From Acaryochloris marina MBIC11017 (GTDB lineage Bacteria > Cyanobacteriota > Cyanobacteriia > Thermosynechococcales > Thermosynechococcaceae), in the NCBI RefSeq assembly GCF_000018105.1, contig NC_009925.1, forward strand, positions 3,790,521 through 3,854,520: a stretch of 64,000 nt of DNA. The letters run 5' to 3'. Below are positions 19,124 through 29,505 of this stretch, in pieces; the first letter of the stretch is position 1, and each line of letters begins with the position of its first letter. A program made the translations under genes and the position numbers. Under the pieces are notes generated by a model that saw only the letters and a list, made by a program, of their open reading frames with translations, was not told the origin of the DNA and did no database searches.

Positions 19124-19936
19124 TTAGAGATTACGTGCGCTAGCAAACTGTACTGCTGCCCGAGAAGTGCCGATATATCGCCAATGCCAAGGCTCGAAGT
19201 TAACCCCCTGGGCGTTATTCCGGGGAAATGAGAGTTCAAATCCATAGTTCTTGGCATTGTTGGTTAACCAACGATAGGCAGTTGTGTCTTCAAAAGCCAC
19301 CTTGAGATCTTTGTCCGGCTGGTTGCGATCGCCAATATCGATCGCATATCCAGTGTGATGCTCACTAAACCCAGGCGGGGCACTAAGTTTGGCGGCTGCT
19401 TCTACACTCCCTAGTTTTTGTACCTGTTTATCAAACAGTTCTTTTTGGTCATTGACTGAGCGAAACCCAGAGATAGGCTGAAGCGTGAGATTGGCATCAG
19501 CAGCGGCATTAACCAACTTGGTAAAGGCTGCCGCTGCTTCTTGATCCAAATACTCAGACCGACGATACGTCCCTCGCACAAACTCTCCAACGTTTACCAG
19601 TCGGTTATCTTCGTTTTCTGCATAGGCAAGGTGGCCATAGTAATTCTTAGGTGTAGCAGTAACAGGTGCCGCTGGAGCGTTAGCTGGAGAGGGAGTATTC
19701 GAGATGGAGGGCAAGCTCTCATACAGGGGAGATGGGGGACGGTTTGTCGCAGGGGGCAATGGTTGGGATGTTTCGACCGGGGATTGAGCGGGTTGTTGGG
19801 GTGACTGCTCTTGCGAGACGGGTGGATCCGCGGGGACCAGTTGAAGGCTAGCCGCCAGCCAGACAATCACCGCTGTGGTCAAAAGGCTAATCACCACAAA
19901 CTGGAACTGGCCGAAAATTTTTTGGAACCCTTTCAT
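19124..19936 (-). CDS. VanY/M15-family D-alanyl-D-alanine carboxypeptidase-like peptidase, with an N-terminal TM anchor and a Pro-rich linker
   Basis: The C-terminal catalytic region GYAIDIG...PWHWRY and SEHHTGYAID match the M15 zinc D,D-peptidase signature. The N-terminus is hydrophobic. Confidence 0.8.
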   Translation of the reverse strand: MKGFQKIFGQFQFVVISLLTTAVIVWLAASLQLVPADPPVSQEQSPQQPAQSPVETSQPLPPATNRPPSPLYESLPSISNTPSPANAPAAPVTATPKNYYGHLAYAENEDNRLVNVGEFVRGTYRRSEYLDQEAAAAFTKLVNAAADANLTLQPISGFRSVNDQKELFDKQVQKLGSVEAAAKLSAPPGFSEHHTGYAIDIGDRNQPDKDLKVAFEDTTAYRWLTNNAKNYGFELSFPRNNAQGVNFEPWHWRYIGTSRAAVQFASARNL

Positions 19937-20000
19937 AAGTCTATTTGCTGCCCCATTGATAGACAGTAATCACAATAATCGAGAGCAGAAACTTTAGCGT

Positions 20001-21854
20001 CTAATCTCGTTGAATGAGTTGAGCGGCAATCCAGCCCCGAACCCCTGACTGAGGGAACAAGACCTCATACCAGAGGTAACCCCCAACATCTTTACGTTGG
20101 CCGACAATTCGGACGCGATCACCAGGGTAAGCCATATGTTTAGTCGGGAATTTGGTTCCTGGCCCCGTTCGAATATTTTTACTTTCTGGACTACCGACAA
20201 GGGTTGCGTTGGTGTTTGCAGGTGTTGGTTTGGGGGTGGGCGTTGGGTCCGGAGCGGGTTTTGCGGCTTGATCCGCTTTGACTAACTGTGCTGCAATCCA
20301 TCCCTGGGCCTGGGATTTAGGGAAATAAACGTTATGCCAAAGGAAGCCACCTTGATCGTGATCGCTCGTAATAATCGTGATCCGATCGCCTGGGTAAGCA
20401 ATATGGGTTTGAGCATAGTTTGTCCCTGGGCCAGACCGGATATTTTTAGAACCAGGGTCCCCCGCAATGCGGGCATTAGTTTGATCGGCATTGGGCGGTA
20501 ATGCAATCTCAACTGGAGGGGGTGGAGCGGGACGAGTCACCTGGCTCGTGCTGTCATTAGTGGGCGTGGAAGGTTCGGGAGAAGCACTTACTGCTTTATC
20601 AGAGGTGGAACGCTCTGTTCCCACAGCGGGTGTAGGCGAATTACGAGAGAGTAGATCTGAAACCTGCCCTCGTAAAAGCACCGCACTCACCAATACAAAT
20701 ATGCCAATGACTCCACCTGTGAGGATGGCTTTTTGCCATTCTGGAAACCGGGCTTGATTGACGGTGGGTGGTACGGATGGATGTTGAGGAATAACGGCTT
20801 GGGTCGGTTCAGATACAGCCGGTTCAGGAGGCACTGAAACCGATGCTTCGGTGATGGAAATCGAGGGCTGCTGGAGGGTATGAGCAACGATATCTGTGGC
20901 TTCCACACCCACTGGAGTGGTGTCTTGATTGGCCAGAATCTCTGGAGCCTGAGCATTTGTAGCATCTTGGGCAACATCCACAACATGGGTTGCTGGCAGC
21001 ACCAAATGATTCATCATGGCTACCGCACTGAGGAACCGTTCATTGGGCTGAGGATGAATGGCCTGACTGAGGGTAGCAGCAAACTCTGAGCTGAGATTAG
21101 GCACTAAATGCTGCCATAGCAGAACGCCTGTTTGCGGATCGGTTTCGAGTTCTTGAGGGATTTTAAGGGTGAGGAGATAGATAGCCGTGAGCCCCAAGCT
21201 ATATAGATCGCTGCTGTAAACAGGACGTCCTGCTAGTTGTTCCATGGGCATATATCCGGGGGTGCCTACCACAATGGAGCGATTCGTTTGCCCTTGGGAA
21301 TTCACCACGGTACTCATGGTTTCTTTAACGGCTCCAAAATCAATGAGGCTGGGTATGCCGTCTTTTTGGCGCAAGATAATGTTATCGGGCTTAATATCTC
21401 GATGAACAATCCGCTGTTGGTGAATATAGTCGATAGCTGGCAAGAGCTTGATCAAAATGTCTCGCACTTCCGTCTCACTGAGGGGGCCATGCTGCATTTT
21501 TTGGGTCAGGGTTTGACCCGCCACCCACTCTTCTACTAGGTAAAACTGACCGGCCTCTTCTAAAAAAGCGTAAAGCATGGGAATTTGGTCATGGCTGTCT
21601 CCCAAACGCTCTAGGATTGCGGCTTCCCTTTGAAATCGATCTTTCACCAATTGATAGATCTGAGGATTATTATCAATGGGCTTTAACTGCTTGATCACAC
21701 ATTGGCGGCGGGAGGGCATTTGGGTGTCTTCTGCCAAAAAGGTGGTGCCAAAGCCACCATCGCCAAGGACTTTAATGACCCGGTAGCGGTTATTCAGTAA
21801 AGTTGGGGTTTGAGGGGTTTGAACATGGGGAGTATTGGTACCGGAATTCGTCAT
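20001..21854 (-). CDS. Hanks-type Ser/Thr protein kinase with a TM segment and two C-terminal bacterial SH3 (SH3b) domains
   Basis: The kinase subdomains are GDGGFGTTFLA, VIKQL, HRDIKPDNIIL, DFG and GTPGYMPMEQ. A TM helix follows (ILTGGVIGIFVLVSAVLL). Two repeats of GxPxSKNIRxGPGTxxxxxHxAYPGDRxxIxxxxxDxGGxLWxxVxFPxSxxxGWIAAQL are SH3b-like. Confidence 0.9.
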   Translation of the reverse strand: MTNSGTNTPHVQTPQTPTLLNNRYRVIKVLGDGGFGTTFLAEDTQMPSRRQCVIKQLKPIDNNPQIYQLVKDRFQREAAILERLGDSHDQIPMLYAFLEEAGQFYLVEEWVAGQTLTQKMQHGPLSETEVRDILIKLLPAIDYIHQQRIVHRDIKPDNIILRQKDGIPSLIDFGAVKETMSTVVNSQGQTNRSIVVGTPGYMPMEQLAGRPVYSSDLYSLGLTAIYLLTLKIPQELETDPQTGVLLWQHLVPNLSSEFAATLSQAIHPQPNERFLSAVAMMNHLVLPATHVVDVAQDATNAQAPEILANQDTTPVGVEATDIVAHTLQQPSISITEASVSVPPEPAVSEPTQAVIPQHPSVPPTVNQARFPEWQKAILTGGVIGIFVLVSAVLLRGQVSDLLSRNSPTPAVGTERSTSDKAVSASPEPSTPTNDSTSQVTRPAPPPPVEIALPPNADQTNARIAGDPGSKNIRSGPGTNYAQTHIAYPGDRITIITSDHDQGGFLWHNVYFPKSQAQGWIAAQLVKADQAAKPAPDPTPTPKPTPANTNATLVGSPESKNIRTGPGTKFPTKHMAYPGDRVRIVGQRKDVGGYLWYEVLFPQSGVRGWIAAQLIQRD

Positions 21855-21928
21855 GTATCTACCTGGCTGTCGAGAAATAATATGAGGAAGCCTTCATCCC
21901 ACAATAGAAGCTCCCTCTAGAATGTGCA

Positions 21929-22924
21929 GTGATCAGTTTTGATCTGTTATGTGATTTAAAACAATGCCGTATACGGGGTGAAGCGATCAGCGTCAAGAAC
22001 ATGGAATTTTCCTATCAAACCTATCAACGATCGTTCCAACAGCCCTTACAAACAAGATATGGGCCGTGGTCGATCCGTCGAGGGTTGATGGTTATGTTAG
22101 AGGATGATGCTGGCAATATTGGCCAAGGTGAAATTGCTCCTTTATCGTGGTTTGGATCTGAAACTTGGGAACAGGCCCAGACCTATTGTCAGCAACTACC
22201 TCGACAGCTAACGGACGCTCACATCTTGTCTATCCCAGATCGCTATCCGGCTTGCCAGTTTGGATTGGGTTCAGCGTGGGAAGCATTACATCAAAATTCC
22301 GTATCAGCGTCTGTTTTCCCTGAGATTTGCGGCCTATTACCCACCGGAAGCTCCGCTTTGTCCGCCGCTTCCAAGCTATGGGAGCAGGGCTATCGAACTT
22401 TTAAGTGGAAAATTGGGGTGGATGCCATCGAACAGGAACAGGCTATTTTTCGGCGGTTGATCGTAGCTTTGCCACCGCAAGCCTTGCTGCGCTTGGATGC
22501 CAATGGAGGACTAACCAATGAGTCTGCTTGTCGTTGGCTGCAGCTGTGTGATCAGGTGATGGACACTCTTAGGATTGAATATCTGGAGCAACCGCTCCCC
22601 CCCGAGCAATTGTCGGCCATGTTGTCCTTAAGTCAGCAGTTTCAAACCCCATTGGCTTTAGATGAGTCGGTAGCAACTCTGTCTCAGCTACAACACTGTG
22701 TTCAACAAGGATGGAACGGCATTTTCGTGATTAAACCTGCTATTTGTGGTTATCCCCACCGCTTACGTCAGTTTTGCCAATCCCATCCGATTGATGCTGT
22801 TTTCTCCTCTGTCTTTGAATCAGAGGTGGGGCGGCAGGCCTGTCTGAGATTGGCGGCAGAACTATCGAATCCCCAACGAGCCATTGGGTTTGGTGTTTGC
22901 CATTGGTTGTCCCCTGATGAATAA
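21929..22924 (+). CDS. menC: o-Succinylbenzoate synthase (enolase superfamily); the true start is possibly at the internal Met near 22001
   Basis: It has the enolase-superfamily metal-ligand context (LRLDANGG, EYLEQPL, ALDES). It is immediately followed by, and overlaps, an OSB-CoA ligase gene, which is the menC-menE synteny of phylloquinone biosynthesis. Confidence 0.75.
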   Translation: MISFDLLCDLKQCRIRGEAISVKNMEFSYQTYQRSFQQPLQTRYGPWSIRRGLMVMLEDDAGNIGQGEIAPLSWFGSETWEQAQTYCQQLPRQLTDAHILSIPDRYPACQFGLGSAWEALHQNSVSASVFPEICGLLPTGSSALSAASKLWEQGYRTFKWKIGVDAIEQEQAIFRRLIVALPPQALLRLDANGGLTNESACRWLQLCDQVMDTLRIEYLEQPLPPEQLSAMLSLSQQFQTPLALDESVATLSQLQHCVQQGWNGIFVIKPAICGYPHRLRQFCQSHPIDAVFSSVFESEVGRQACLRLAAELSNPQRAIGFGVCHWLSPDE

Positions 22925-24377
22925 CGCTTCGTTCTCGGTTGATCCGGTTAAGCCGTCCAGTGCTCACTTATTGGGTTCTCCCCAAGCAATTTGGCACAGG
23001 GAAGACTGGATTCTGGGCCTTAATCATCAGCGTTGGTTAGAGCGAATTCGACAACGACAACGAGAGCTACAAGCGGTGATGGAGCGAGAGGGCTATCCCA
23101 GAGTCCTGTTAGTTCAGGCTGATCCACTAGAGTTTTTAGCTGGATTGATGGCGGCGTGTTTATGTGATTGTCCTGTATTTCTCGGGAATCCCCATTGGCA
23201 ACGTTCTGAATGGCAACAGGTGTTGCTGCTAGTTCAACCCCATGTTATTTGGGATGCCTCTCAGTTGCCTCCGGTAGATATCCCAAAACCAGCCCCAGCT
23301 AAGCAAGAAGAGAAGGGATGGATTTTAATCTCTACCGGGGGCTCATCGGGACAGGTTCGATTTGCGATTCATACTTGGGAGACTCTAACTGCCTCGGTTG
23401 AAGGCTGCCAAAATCATTTTTTCGGTGGTGAATTGGATGCCATCAATTCCTGCTGCTGGTTACCCCTGTATCACGTCAGTGGGTTGATGCAGTTTATGCG
23501 ATCGCTCCTTACATACGGTAAACTCCTCCTCCTCCCACGCCACTGTTTTTCTCCTGAAATCTCCTTGATGCCAGACATAGCGGCTTTTCTAGATCCGCAA
23601 TCAGAGCAACCTTATTCCTTTTTTCTCTCCCTCGTTCCTACCCAACTCCAGCGATTCTTGCAACAGGGCGGCCCTCGTTTACAATGGCTAGCCCGATTTC
23701 ACACTATTTTGGTGGGGGGCGGTCCTGCATGGCCCGCTTTACTCCAGGGGGCTCGCCAGCACCAGTTGCGGTTGGCTTTAACCTATGGCATGACGGAAAC
23801 TGCTGCTCAAGTGGCGACATTAGATCCCGATCAATTCCTGCTCGGAGCAGCTCACAGTGGCCATGTTTTGCCCCATGCTCAAATTGCCATTGAGCATCAG
23901 CAACACCAGGGCATTGTGGCTCCTCAAACAGGACAGGTGGTGATTGAATGTACATCTCTTTGTAAAGGATATTACCCGCAATTATTAGCCTCACCTCGTA
24001 AATTTTTTACGGATGATTTAGGGTATTTCAATAACCAAGGAGCATTGCATATTGTCGGTCGTTTAAGTCGCAAGATTATCTCTGGGGGGGAGAATGTTTT
24101 TCCCGAAGAAATAGAAAAATTAATTTTAAGTACAGGCCTCGTAAAAGATGTGACGGTGTTGGGCCAACCTCATCCCGATTGGGGCCAAATCATTACCGCC
24201 ATTGTGGTTCCTGCAGCAGACTCCTTTTCCCTAATCGCATTGCAGACTTGTCTGAAGAATCAACTCAGCCCGTTTAAACAACCAAAGCAATGGTATGTCT
24301 TGCCTCAGCTGCCCCGTAACCCTCAAGGTAAAATCGACCAATCACAGATGAGGAAACTACTTCAGGTTGATCAGTAG
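22917..24377 (+). CDS. menE: o-Succinylbenzoate-CoA ligase (AMP-binding/ANL superfamily)
   Basis: The AMP-binding motifs are ISTGGSSGQVRF, LTYGMTETAA and GYFNNQGALHIVGRLSRKIISGGENVFPEEIE. The ATG at 22917 overlaps the menC stop as ATGAATAA, which indicates translational coupling. Confidence 0.8.
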   Translation: MNNASFSVDPVKPSSAHLLGSPQAIWHREDWILGLNHQRWLERIRQRQRELQAVMEREGYPRVLLVQADPLEFLAGLMAACLCDCPVFLGNPHWQRSEWQQVLLLVQPHVIWDASQLPPVDIPKPAPAKQEEKGWILISTGGSSGQVRFAIHTWETLTASVEGCQNHFFGGELDAINSCCWLPLYHVSGLMQFMRSLLTYGKLLLLPRHCFSPEISLMPDIAAFLDPQSEQPYSFFLSLVPTQLQRFLQQGGPRLQWLARFHTILVGGGPAWPALLQGARQHQLRLALTYGMTETAAQVATLDPDQFLLGAAHSGHVLPHAQIAIEHQQHQGIVAPQTGQVVIECTSLCKGYYPQLLASPRKFFTDDLGYFNNQGALHIVGRLSRKIISGGENVFPEEIEKLILSTGLVKDVTVLGQPHPDWGQIITAIVVPAADSFSLIALQTCLKNQLSPFKQPKQWYVLPQLPRNPQGKIDQSQMRKLLQVDQ

Positions 24378-24863
24378 TGACTACAGGGACGGAAATTCTG
24401 ACATTGACCCATCTAATTTTATTGATATATTTCACTCTGTTAACCCCCGCGAATAAGAGTGAACTTTAGTAAAATCCCTGAGCTAGCTCTGGGGGTTAAT
24501 GCTAGATTAAACCCAGGTACAAAAAGTCAAAGTTAACAAGTAACCCCGGAACACGTCAGTACCTCCTACCTCTGTTCTGAAGAGCAACCTTCTTCCTGAG
24601 AACTTACGATTTGTGGTCATCATTTTCTATCAGAAAAAATTGAAGACCAGAACACTTATCTAGTAAAGATATGTAAGACTTACCTCTTAGAACTGTTGCT
24701 GTTGTTAATGTCCACTTTAGTTGTTTTTCTGTAAACTCTATCTATTTTTTCAATTCTGAGCAAACATACATTCTCGGTTTCTATAGGATTAAGGGTTTGG
24801 TTACAATAAGCCAAACCCTTTAGCCGTTTTAAACAGATTTTTAAGACGCTGATGAAATTGGCA

Positions 24864-25649
24864 TTAAGACATCAGTAATCGTTGCGTAATTTCGATAAAT
24901 CCTAACCCTTCAGCTGCTTGGGTCATCGCTTGGGGGTGGTGGTCAATCTGCTCCAGGTAGTGAGACAAGTTGGCAACGCCGACGGAGTGCGGAAAAACTT
25001 GAGAATCGAATAGATCTTGATCATTCGGACTATCGCCGATCGTCAAAATTTGGTCTAAATTATATCGCTCCGGTAAATGGTGTTCTAGAACCGTTAGGAG
25101 CCCTGCCTGTTTGTTCTGGCCTTTGGGTTTGATATGACACTGCACTGTACTGTAGGTAAAATCAAATCCTGCCGTGGTACAGAGATTTGCCATCTGATCC
25201 AAATCGACTGGATCAAAGTCGGGATTATCAAAGGTCCAATCCGTGATTCTAAACGCGTTATCAGCCGTAGTTCGTAGATGAGGAAAGTGGGTTTGGAGCT
25301 GACGAAAAGTGTTGGCTAAGTGAGCACGATGGTCTTTAAGGCCCGGAATGTCTGAAAGCACTTTTCCGGGGGTGTCTGGCTGATGAAAGAAGAGGCCGCC
25401 ATTTTCTGCGATCGCACCCTGTATCGGTAAATAATGGGCAAGGCCGCTGACCCAGCCCGCCGAACGCCCCGTCACAATCACAACAGCAAAACCACTCTTT
25501 TGTAAGTCCCATAGGGCTTGGCCAAAGACGGCTGGGAATTTACCGTTGACGGTCAGGGTGCCATCCATATCGGTGGCAATCAGCTTGATAGCGTTGAGCT
25601 GCTGTGCAGAGATGTCTGCAAATGGAAGGATGGGATGGTGCATGGACAA
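24864..25649 (-). CDS. HAD-superfamily hydrolase, subfamily IIB (Cof / sucrose-phosphatase-like)
   Basis: HAD motif I is IATDMDGTLT. Motif II is VIVTGRS. Motif IV is TIGDSPNDQDLF. Confidence 0.7.
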   Translation of the reverse strand: MSMHHPILPFADISAQQLNAIKLIATDMDGTLTVNGKFPAVFGQALWDLQKSGFAVVIVTGRSAGWVSGLAHYLPIQGAIAENGGLFFHQPDTPGKVLSDIPGLKDHRAHLANTFRQLQTHFPHLRTTADNAFRITDWTFDNPDFDPVDLDQMANLCTTAGFDFTYSTVQCHIKPKGQNKQAGLLTVLEHHLPERYNLDQILTIGDSPNDQDLFDSQVFPHSVGVANLSHYLEQIDHHPQAMTQAAEGLGFIEITQRLLMS

Positions 25650-25682
25650 TTCGTGCAGGGCGGTCTTAATTTTACAGTGCGA

Positions 25683-26201
25683 TTAGACGGCCTTATAAAT
25701 GACGGCACCATCAGACTCACGATTGCCAACGACCAATAGTTCTGCTAAACACAGTTCTTGGACCTTGGATTTAACTATTTCAGGGCTTTTTTCGGTTGCA
25801 ATCACACAATCACTCAGAGTGGCCCCCTGCTGATCTCGGCAAATCTTCAGAATTTGCACATCCAAAGGAGGACTCGCTTGTGTGTAAGTGCTGACATCTC
25901 TGACAATGGTTTGTTGTGTAGTAGCATCTGCTGAACTATAGAGCAATCTTTGCTTTAGATTTTTATGGTCAACCATCTCTGGAATAAGGAAAAGGTCGAC
26001 CACTTGACCAATGCCCAGAAATCCAAAGGTACAAAAGTAGAGAATGCCGCTAATGGGTTTGCCTAGGTAGAATCGGTGAATTCCACAGATGCCAAAGGTA
26101 GAGAAAAACCAAAGGAGATAGGCAGTACCATTATTAGCCATTGGGGTGTTACGACCTCTGCTGTCTCGACCACTATCCTTCAATTCTAGCCAATGTGCCA
26201 T
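25683..26201 (-). CDS. TM2 domain-containing membrane protein with an additional C-terminal soluble domain
   Basis: The N-terminal TM2 signature is GICGIHRFYLGKPISGILYFCTFGFLGIGQVVDLFLIP. Confidence 0.6.
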   Translation of the reverse strand: MAHWLELKDSGRDSRGRNTPMANNGTAYLLWFFSTFGICGIHRFYLGKPISGILYFCTFGFLGIGQVVDLFLIPEMVDHKNLKQRLLYSSADATTQQTIVRDVSTYTQASPPLDVQILKICRDQQGATLSDCVIATEKSPEIVKSKVQELCLAELLVVGNRESDGAVIYKAV

Positions 26202-26587
26202 TTCACCAGAATCACAACCTTTACCTTTCTACAGAAAAGCAAATGACTGGCATCCCCCTTTCCATATCTAAATCTGATAGTGTTGATTTTAGATCTAACT
26301 GGGTGAGATGCATCCCATTTTCAGGACATGGATTATGATTTCTAATGTCAAAAAGGAAAAGGTGGCCCCAGCTGACCCATGGCTATTGTCATAGTCACTT
26401 AACATAACCGCTTTTCACTAAAACGGTTGTCCATGCACCTGTTGCTTGAAATTTGATGTTCTTGCTTTAGGCATCTGTAGAGCTAGAAACACTTCAGTCT
26501 CTGCTACTAGAGTAAGCAGAATACTCAAATCAAGATACTTCGATCATCGGACTGGGCAGTAAGTCTAGGAGTTCAGGCAGAAGCCGT

Positions 26588-26938
26588 TTAGTCTTCTAAA
26601 CGCGTGATCAGAACTTTTAGCTCTTCAGCTAATTCTTGACTGGTAATTTTTTGCTCAGTCTCACTAGTATCATCCATAAACATATTGCCTTTACCCGTCA
26701 ATAGCCAATCGATGGACACCTGATAATAGGTGTTGAGCAAAATTAAAAAATCTATATTTAGCAAATAATCACCGCACTCACAGCCAGACCATTGTCTGAC
26801 AGAGATAGAAAGATTCTTGGCGATTTGAACTTGGGACAACCCTAAATGAGCCCGTAGCTGCTTCATTCGTCTGCCAATTTTTTGGGCTGCAATATTAATA
26901 ATTAGCTGATCTTTTTTCCCGAGTTGCTTGCGAGGCAT
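26588..26938 (-). CDS. XRE-family helix-turn-helix transcriptional regulator
   Basis: The N-terminal HTH_3 pattern is IGRRMKQLRAHLGLSQVQIAKNLSISVRQWSGCECG. It is about 116 aa and sits in an AT-rich patch. Confidence 0.7.
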   Translation of the reverse strand: MPRKQLGKKDQLIINIAAQKIGRRMKQLRAHLGLSQVQIAKNLSISVRQWSGCECGDYLLNIDFLILLNTYYQVSIDWLLTGKGNMFMDDTSETEQKITSQELAEELKVLITRLED

Positions 26939-27452
26939 AGCAGAGTGGCAGATTAGTTTTGATGATTATTGAAGATATTCAAAAGGACTCAAATTGTAGT
27001 CATCTAATCCTAAATGCAACCGAAAAAAAGGGTGATCAGATGACAAAGTTTTGTCTAAATATTGTGCAATAAGGATATTTTAGACGTAATCCTCAAACGA
27101 GTTCTATGTAGGAATACGGATCCTTTTGCAATTACTGGTGCTTTAATCCAGAAAATTATCTACGTGAAAATACTGAAATTTTGAGTGATGGGCCAAGGTG
27201 ATGGGGCTATATTGTCCGCTCTTAGGGGTGCCACTCCGTATATTCACGGATACAATAGAGAGAACAGTTATCAAGTGGCATCAGTGGTGGTTGCACAGGA
27301 CGCAATCATCTATGACATTGAGAAGCCTTTAGTCCCTGTTGGGAAGAACACTCTAATCTTTAGGATTTAGCAAATCGTTCGTTGAGTTTTTGCGAATGTT
27401 TATGCTATCTCAGGGCTAGAAAAAGTCATACATTAAAGAAAACATTATCTAG

Positions 27453-27887
27453 TTGTTGTTAGACATAGCAATGGACACAATTCAATACAAGCGATCGACC
27501 AAGGGCTGTCAAGCCAGACGGAGAGCGGAACAAAGACACTCAAAACGTCAGCCTACTGCCACGACGAGGAGTAGCCTGCTGGAATCTTCTTATAAAGCCC
27601 AACTGGATTTAGCCGTCAAAGGAGTGTTGTTTGAAAGTCTATACCCTCTCAGTCGAGATGAGATTGCAGAACGTATGACATGGTTAATAGCCGATACCAA
27701 ATATGGAAAAATTAATCGAGTATTTGCGTCTCTACAGCGCTTGATCACCAGTAAGTTAGTTGCAGCAACTCGTGTTGTTGATCAAGGAAAGGAGGTCACT
27801 AAATATCTTTTGAATCTTCCCTATGAGGAATTGCAAAAAGAGCGGGCGGCGAGGGTGAGAATTCAGCAGCTTCAATGTAACGAATAG
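27453..27887 (+). CDS. Hypothetical protein, possibly winged-helix DNA-binding
   Basis: The ORF is open with a basic N-terminus (KRSTKGCQARRRAEQRHSKRQ) and a predicted helical core. No confident family was recognised. Confidence 0.35.
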   Translation: MLLDIAMDTIQYKRSTKGCQARRRAEQRHSKRQPTATTRSSLLESSYKAQLDLAVKGVLFESLYPLSRDEIAERMTWLIADTKYGKINRVFASLQRLITSKLVAATRVVDQGKEVTKYLLNLPYEELQKERAARVRIQQLQCNE

Positions 27888-28112
27888 AAATCTTTCCTGT
27901 TGGTATCGACGACCAGACGATACATCCTGAATATAAAAGCAAAGAGAGAGGATTGAGAACCAATCCTCTCTCTTTTGCGTCACTTACAAGCAACTGAGAA
28001 GCGTATATTAACGTCGAAGCTCAATATTGGCCGATGAAATTGATTTGAGGCTTATCGCTTCACTCTCTTTCCTGAACGAATTTAGCCTAGAGAAAAAGCA
28101 TAAAAGAGAAAT

Positions 28113-29252
28113 TTAGCGCTTGGCGTCAGCTTGATAGTAAACTTTTTCCCCATGATCAGGAACGTATCGGCAATCTCTTAAGGCAGTCCATAAACTTTTC
28201 CAAATGGGATCGGAAGACTTCCGATAGTACTCACCTAAGACCGGCTTGATTGCTTCTGTTGCAGTCAGTAAATGATAGTGAGGCATACCCAAGAAAATAT
28301 GGTGGGCGACATGAGTACCAATATTGTGATGGATAGGATTGATAAACCCATAGTCATGGTCGATGGTGGAGAGGGCACCTTTGAGAAAATACCAGTTATC
28401 ATTGGGGTACCAAGGTATGCTGGGTACGGTATGGTGCAACAGCGTGACAACATCTAACCAAACGATAAAGACAATATAGGGGCCGAGATAATATTTAACT
28501 AAGAATAACCAGCCATTGGTATAGGTGAGCGCTGCTAGAAAAGCGATCATGGCTCCCCATAGGACTGTACTGGTGATGACGTCCCATTTCTCGGAAGGCT
28601 TGAATAAAGGGCTACTGGGTAGGAAATGAGAGCCCTTGCGTCCAGGAGACCGTTTGAAGAGGTAAATGGGATAGGCCAATAGGGTCAAATAGTAACGGAC
28701 AAATTTGACATCCTTCGGCATCTCTCGGTATTGCGTTTCCGTGGGAGGGTACCAACTTTCGTCCGTGTCGATATTGCCTGTATTGGCATGGTGGGTCCGG
28801 TGACTAATGCGCCAACCATGGAAAGGAACCAAAATTGGCGTATGGCTGAGATGTCCGATCAGATCGTTTAACCACTTGTATTTGGAAAAGGAGCGATGAC
28901 CACAGTCATGGCCGACGACGAATAAAGCCCAAAACATGGTGCCTTGAGCTAACCAAAAGATGGGCCAAAACCATAGAGCATCAATTTGATAGGCAATGGC
29001 GTATAAACCAGCGATAATACCGATATCTAAAAAGAAATATGAGAGAGATCGCCAGGCTGAGGGCTCAAAGCAATGAGGGGGAATGGCTGCCCTTATATCT
29101 TGAAGGGTAAAAGGTAATTCTCTAGACCTAGAGACGTCAGGGCCTCTGGTTTCAATACCGGTAGAGTTTTGCACGAAAAAATACTGCTTCCTTACGCTGT
29201 AGTGACCGAGTCTCATTCTATCTCTTAACAAGTCGTAATCAAAGTCAAGCAA
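28113..29252 (-). CDS. Membrane acyl-lipid fatty-acid desaturase, omega-3 (delta-15, DesB/FAD3-FAD7-like) by histidine-box pattern
   Basis: The three histidine boxes are GHDCGHRSF, HRTHHANTGNIDTDESW and HVAHHIF. The HRTHH plus DESW context of box 2 is characteristic of omega-3 rather than delta-12 desaturases. Confidence 0.85.
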   Translation of the reverse strand: MLDFDYDLLRDRMRLGHYSVRKQYFFVQNSTGIETRGPDVSRSRELPFTLQDIRAAIPPHCFEPSAWRSLSYFFLDIGIIAGLYAIAYQIDALWFWPIFWLAQGTMFWALFVVGHDCGHRSFSKYKWLNDLIGHLSHTPILVPFHGWRISHRTHHANTGNIDTDESWYPPTETQYREMPKDVKFVRYYLTLLAYPIYLFKRSPGRKGSHFLPSSPLFKPSEKWDVITSTVLWGAMIAFLAALTYTNGWLFLVKYYLGPYIVFIVWLDVVTLLHHTVPSIPWYPNDNWYFLKGALSTIDHDYGFINPIHHNIGTHVAHHIFLGMPHYHLLTATEAIKPVLGEYYRKSSDPIWKSLWTALRDCRYVPDHGEKVYYQADAKR

Positions 29253-29505
29253 TGACTCCGGTAAAAGTTTACAAAGTGAAATAGTATTGACTTCAGGACA
29301 GATTTTCCTGATATCTATCTGAGTTAATTCTTCGGGGGGGTGATCGAGGTCAATCTATTCGGGGATTGAGACCACTAAGCTCTAGTGAGCCATATCTTAT
29401 TTGCTCCGACTCTGCAGAATTGGACTCACTGATTACATTAAACTTTGCTGAGCTAACGGTTTTCGACCCAATCCTCTGACGTTATTTCAGAACATATCTC
29501 CTGCC

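Noticed and set aside
18634-19257. 207-aa minus-strand ORF
   Set aside because: It overlaps the 3' end of the VanY-like gene and the terminator region of the upstream gene. It has no recognisable motifs and ordinary intergenic-like composition, so it is likely spurious.
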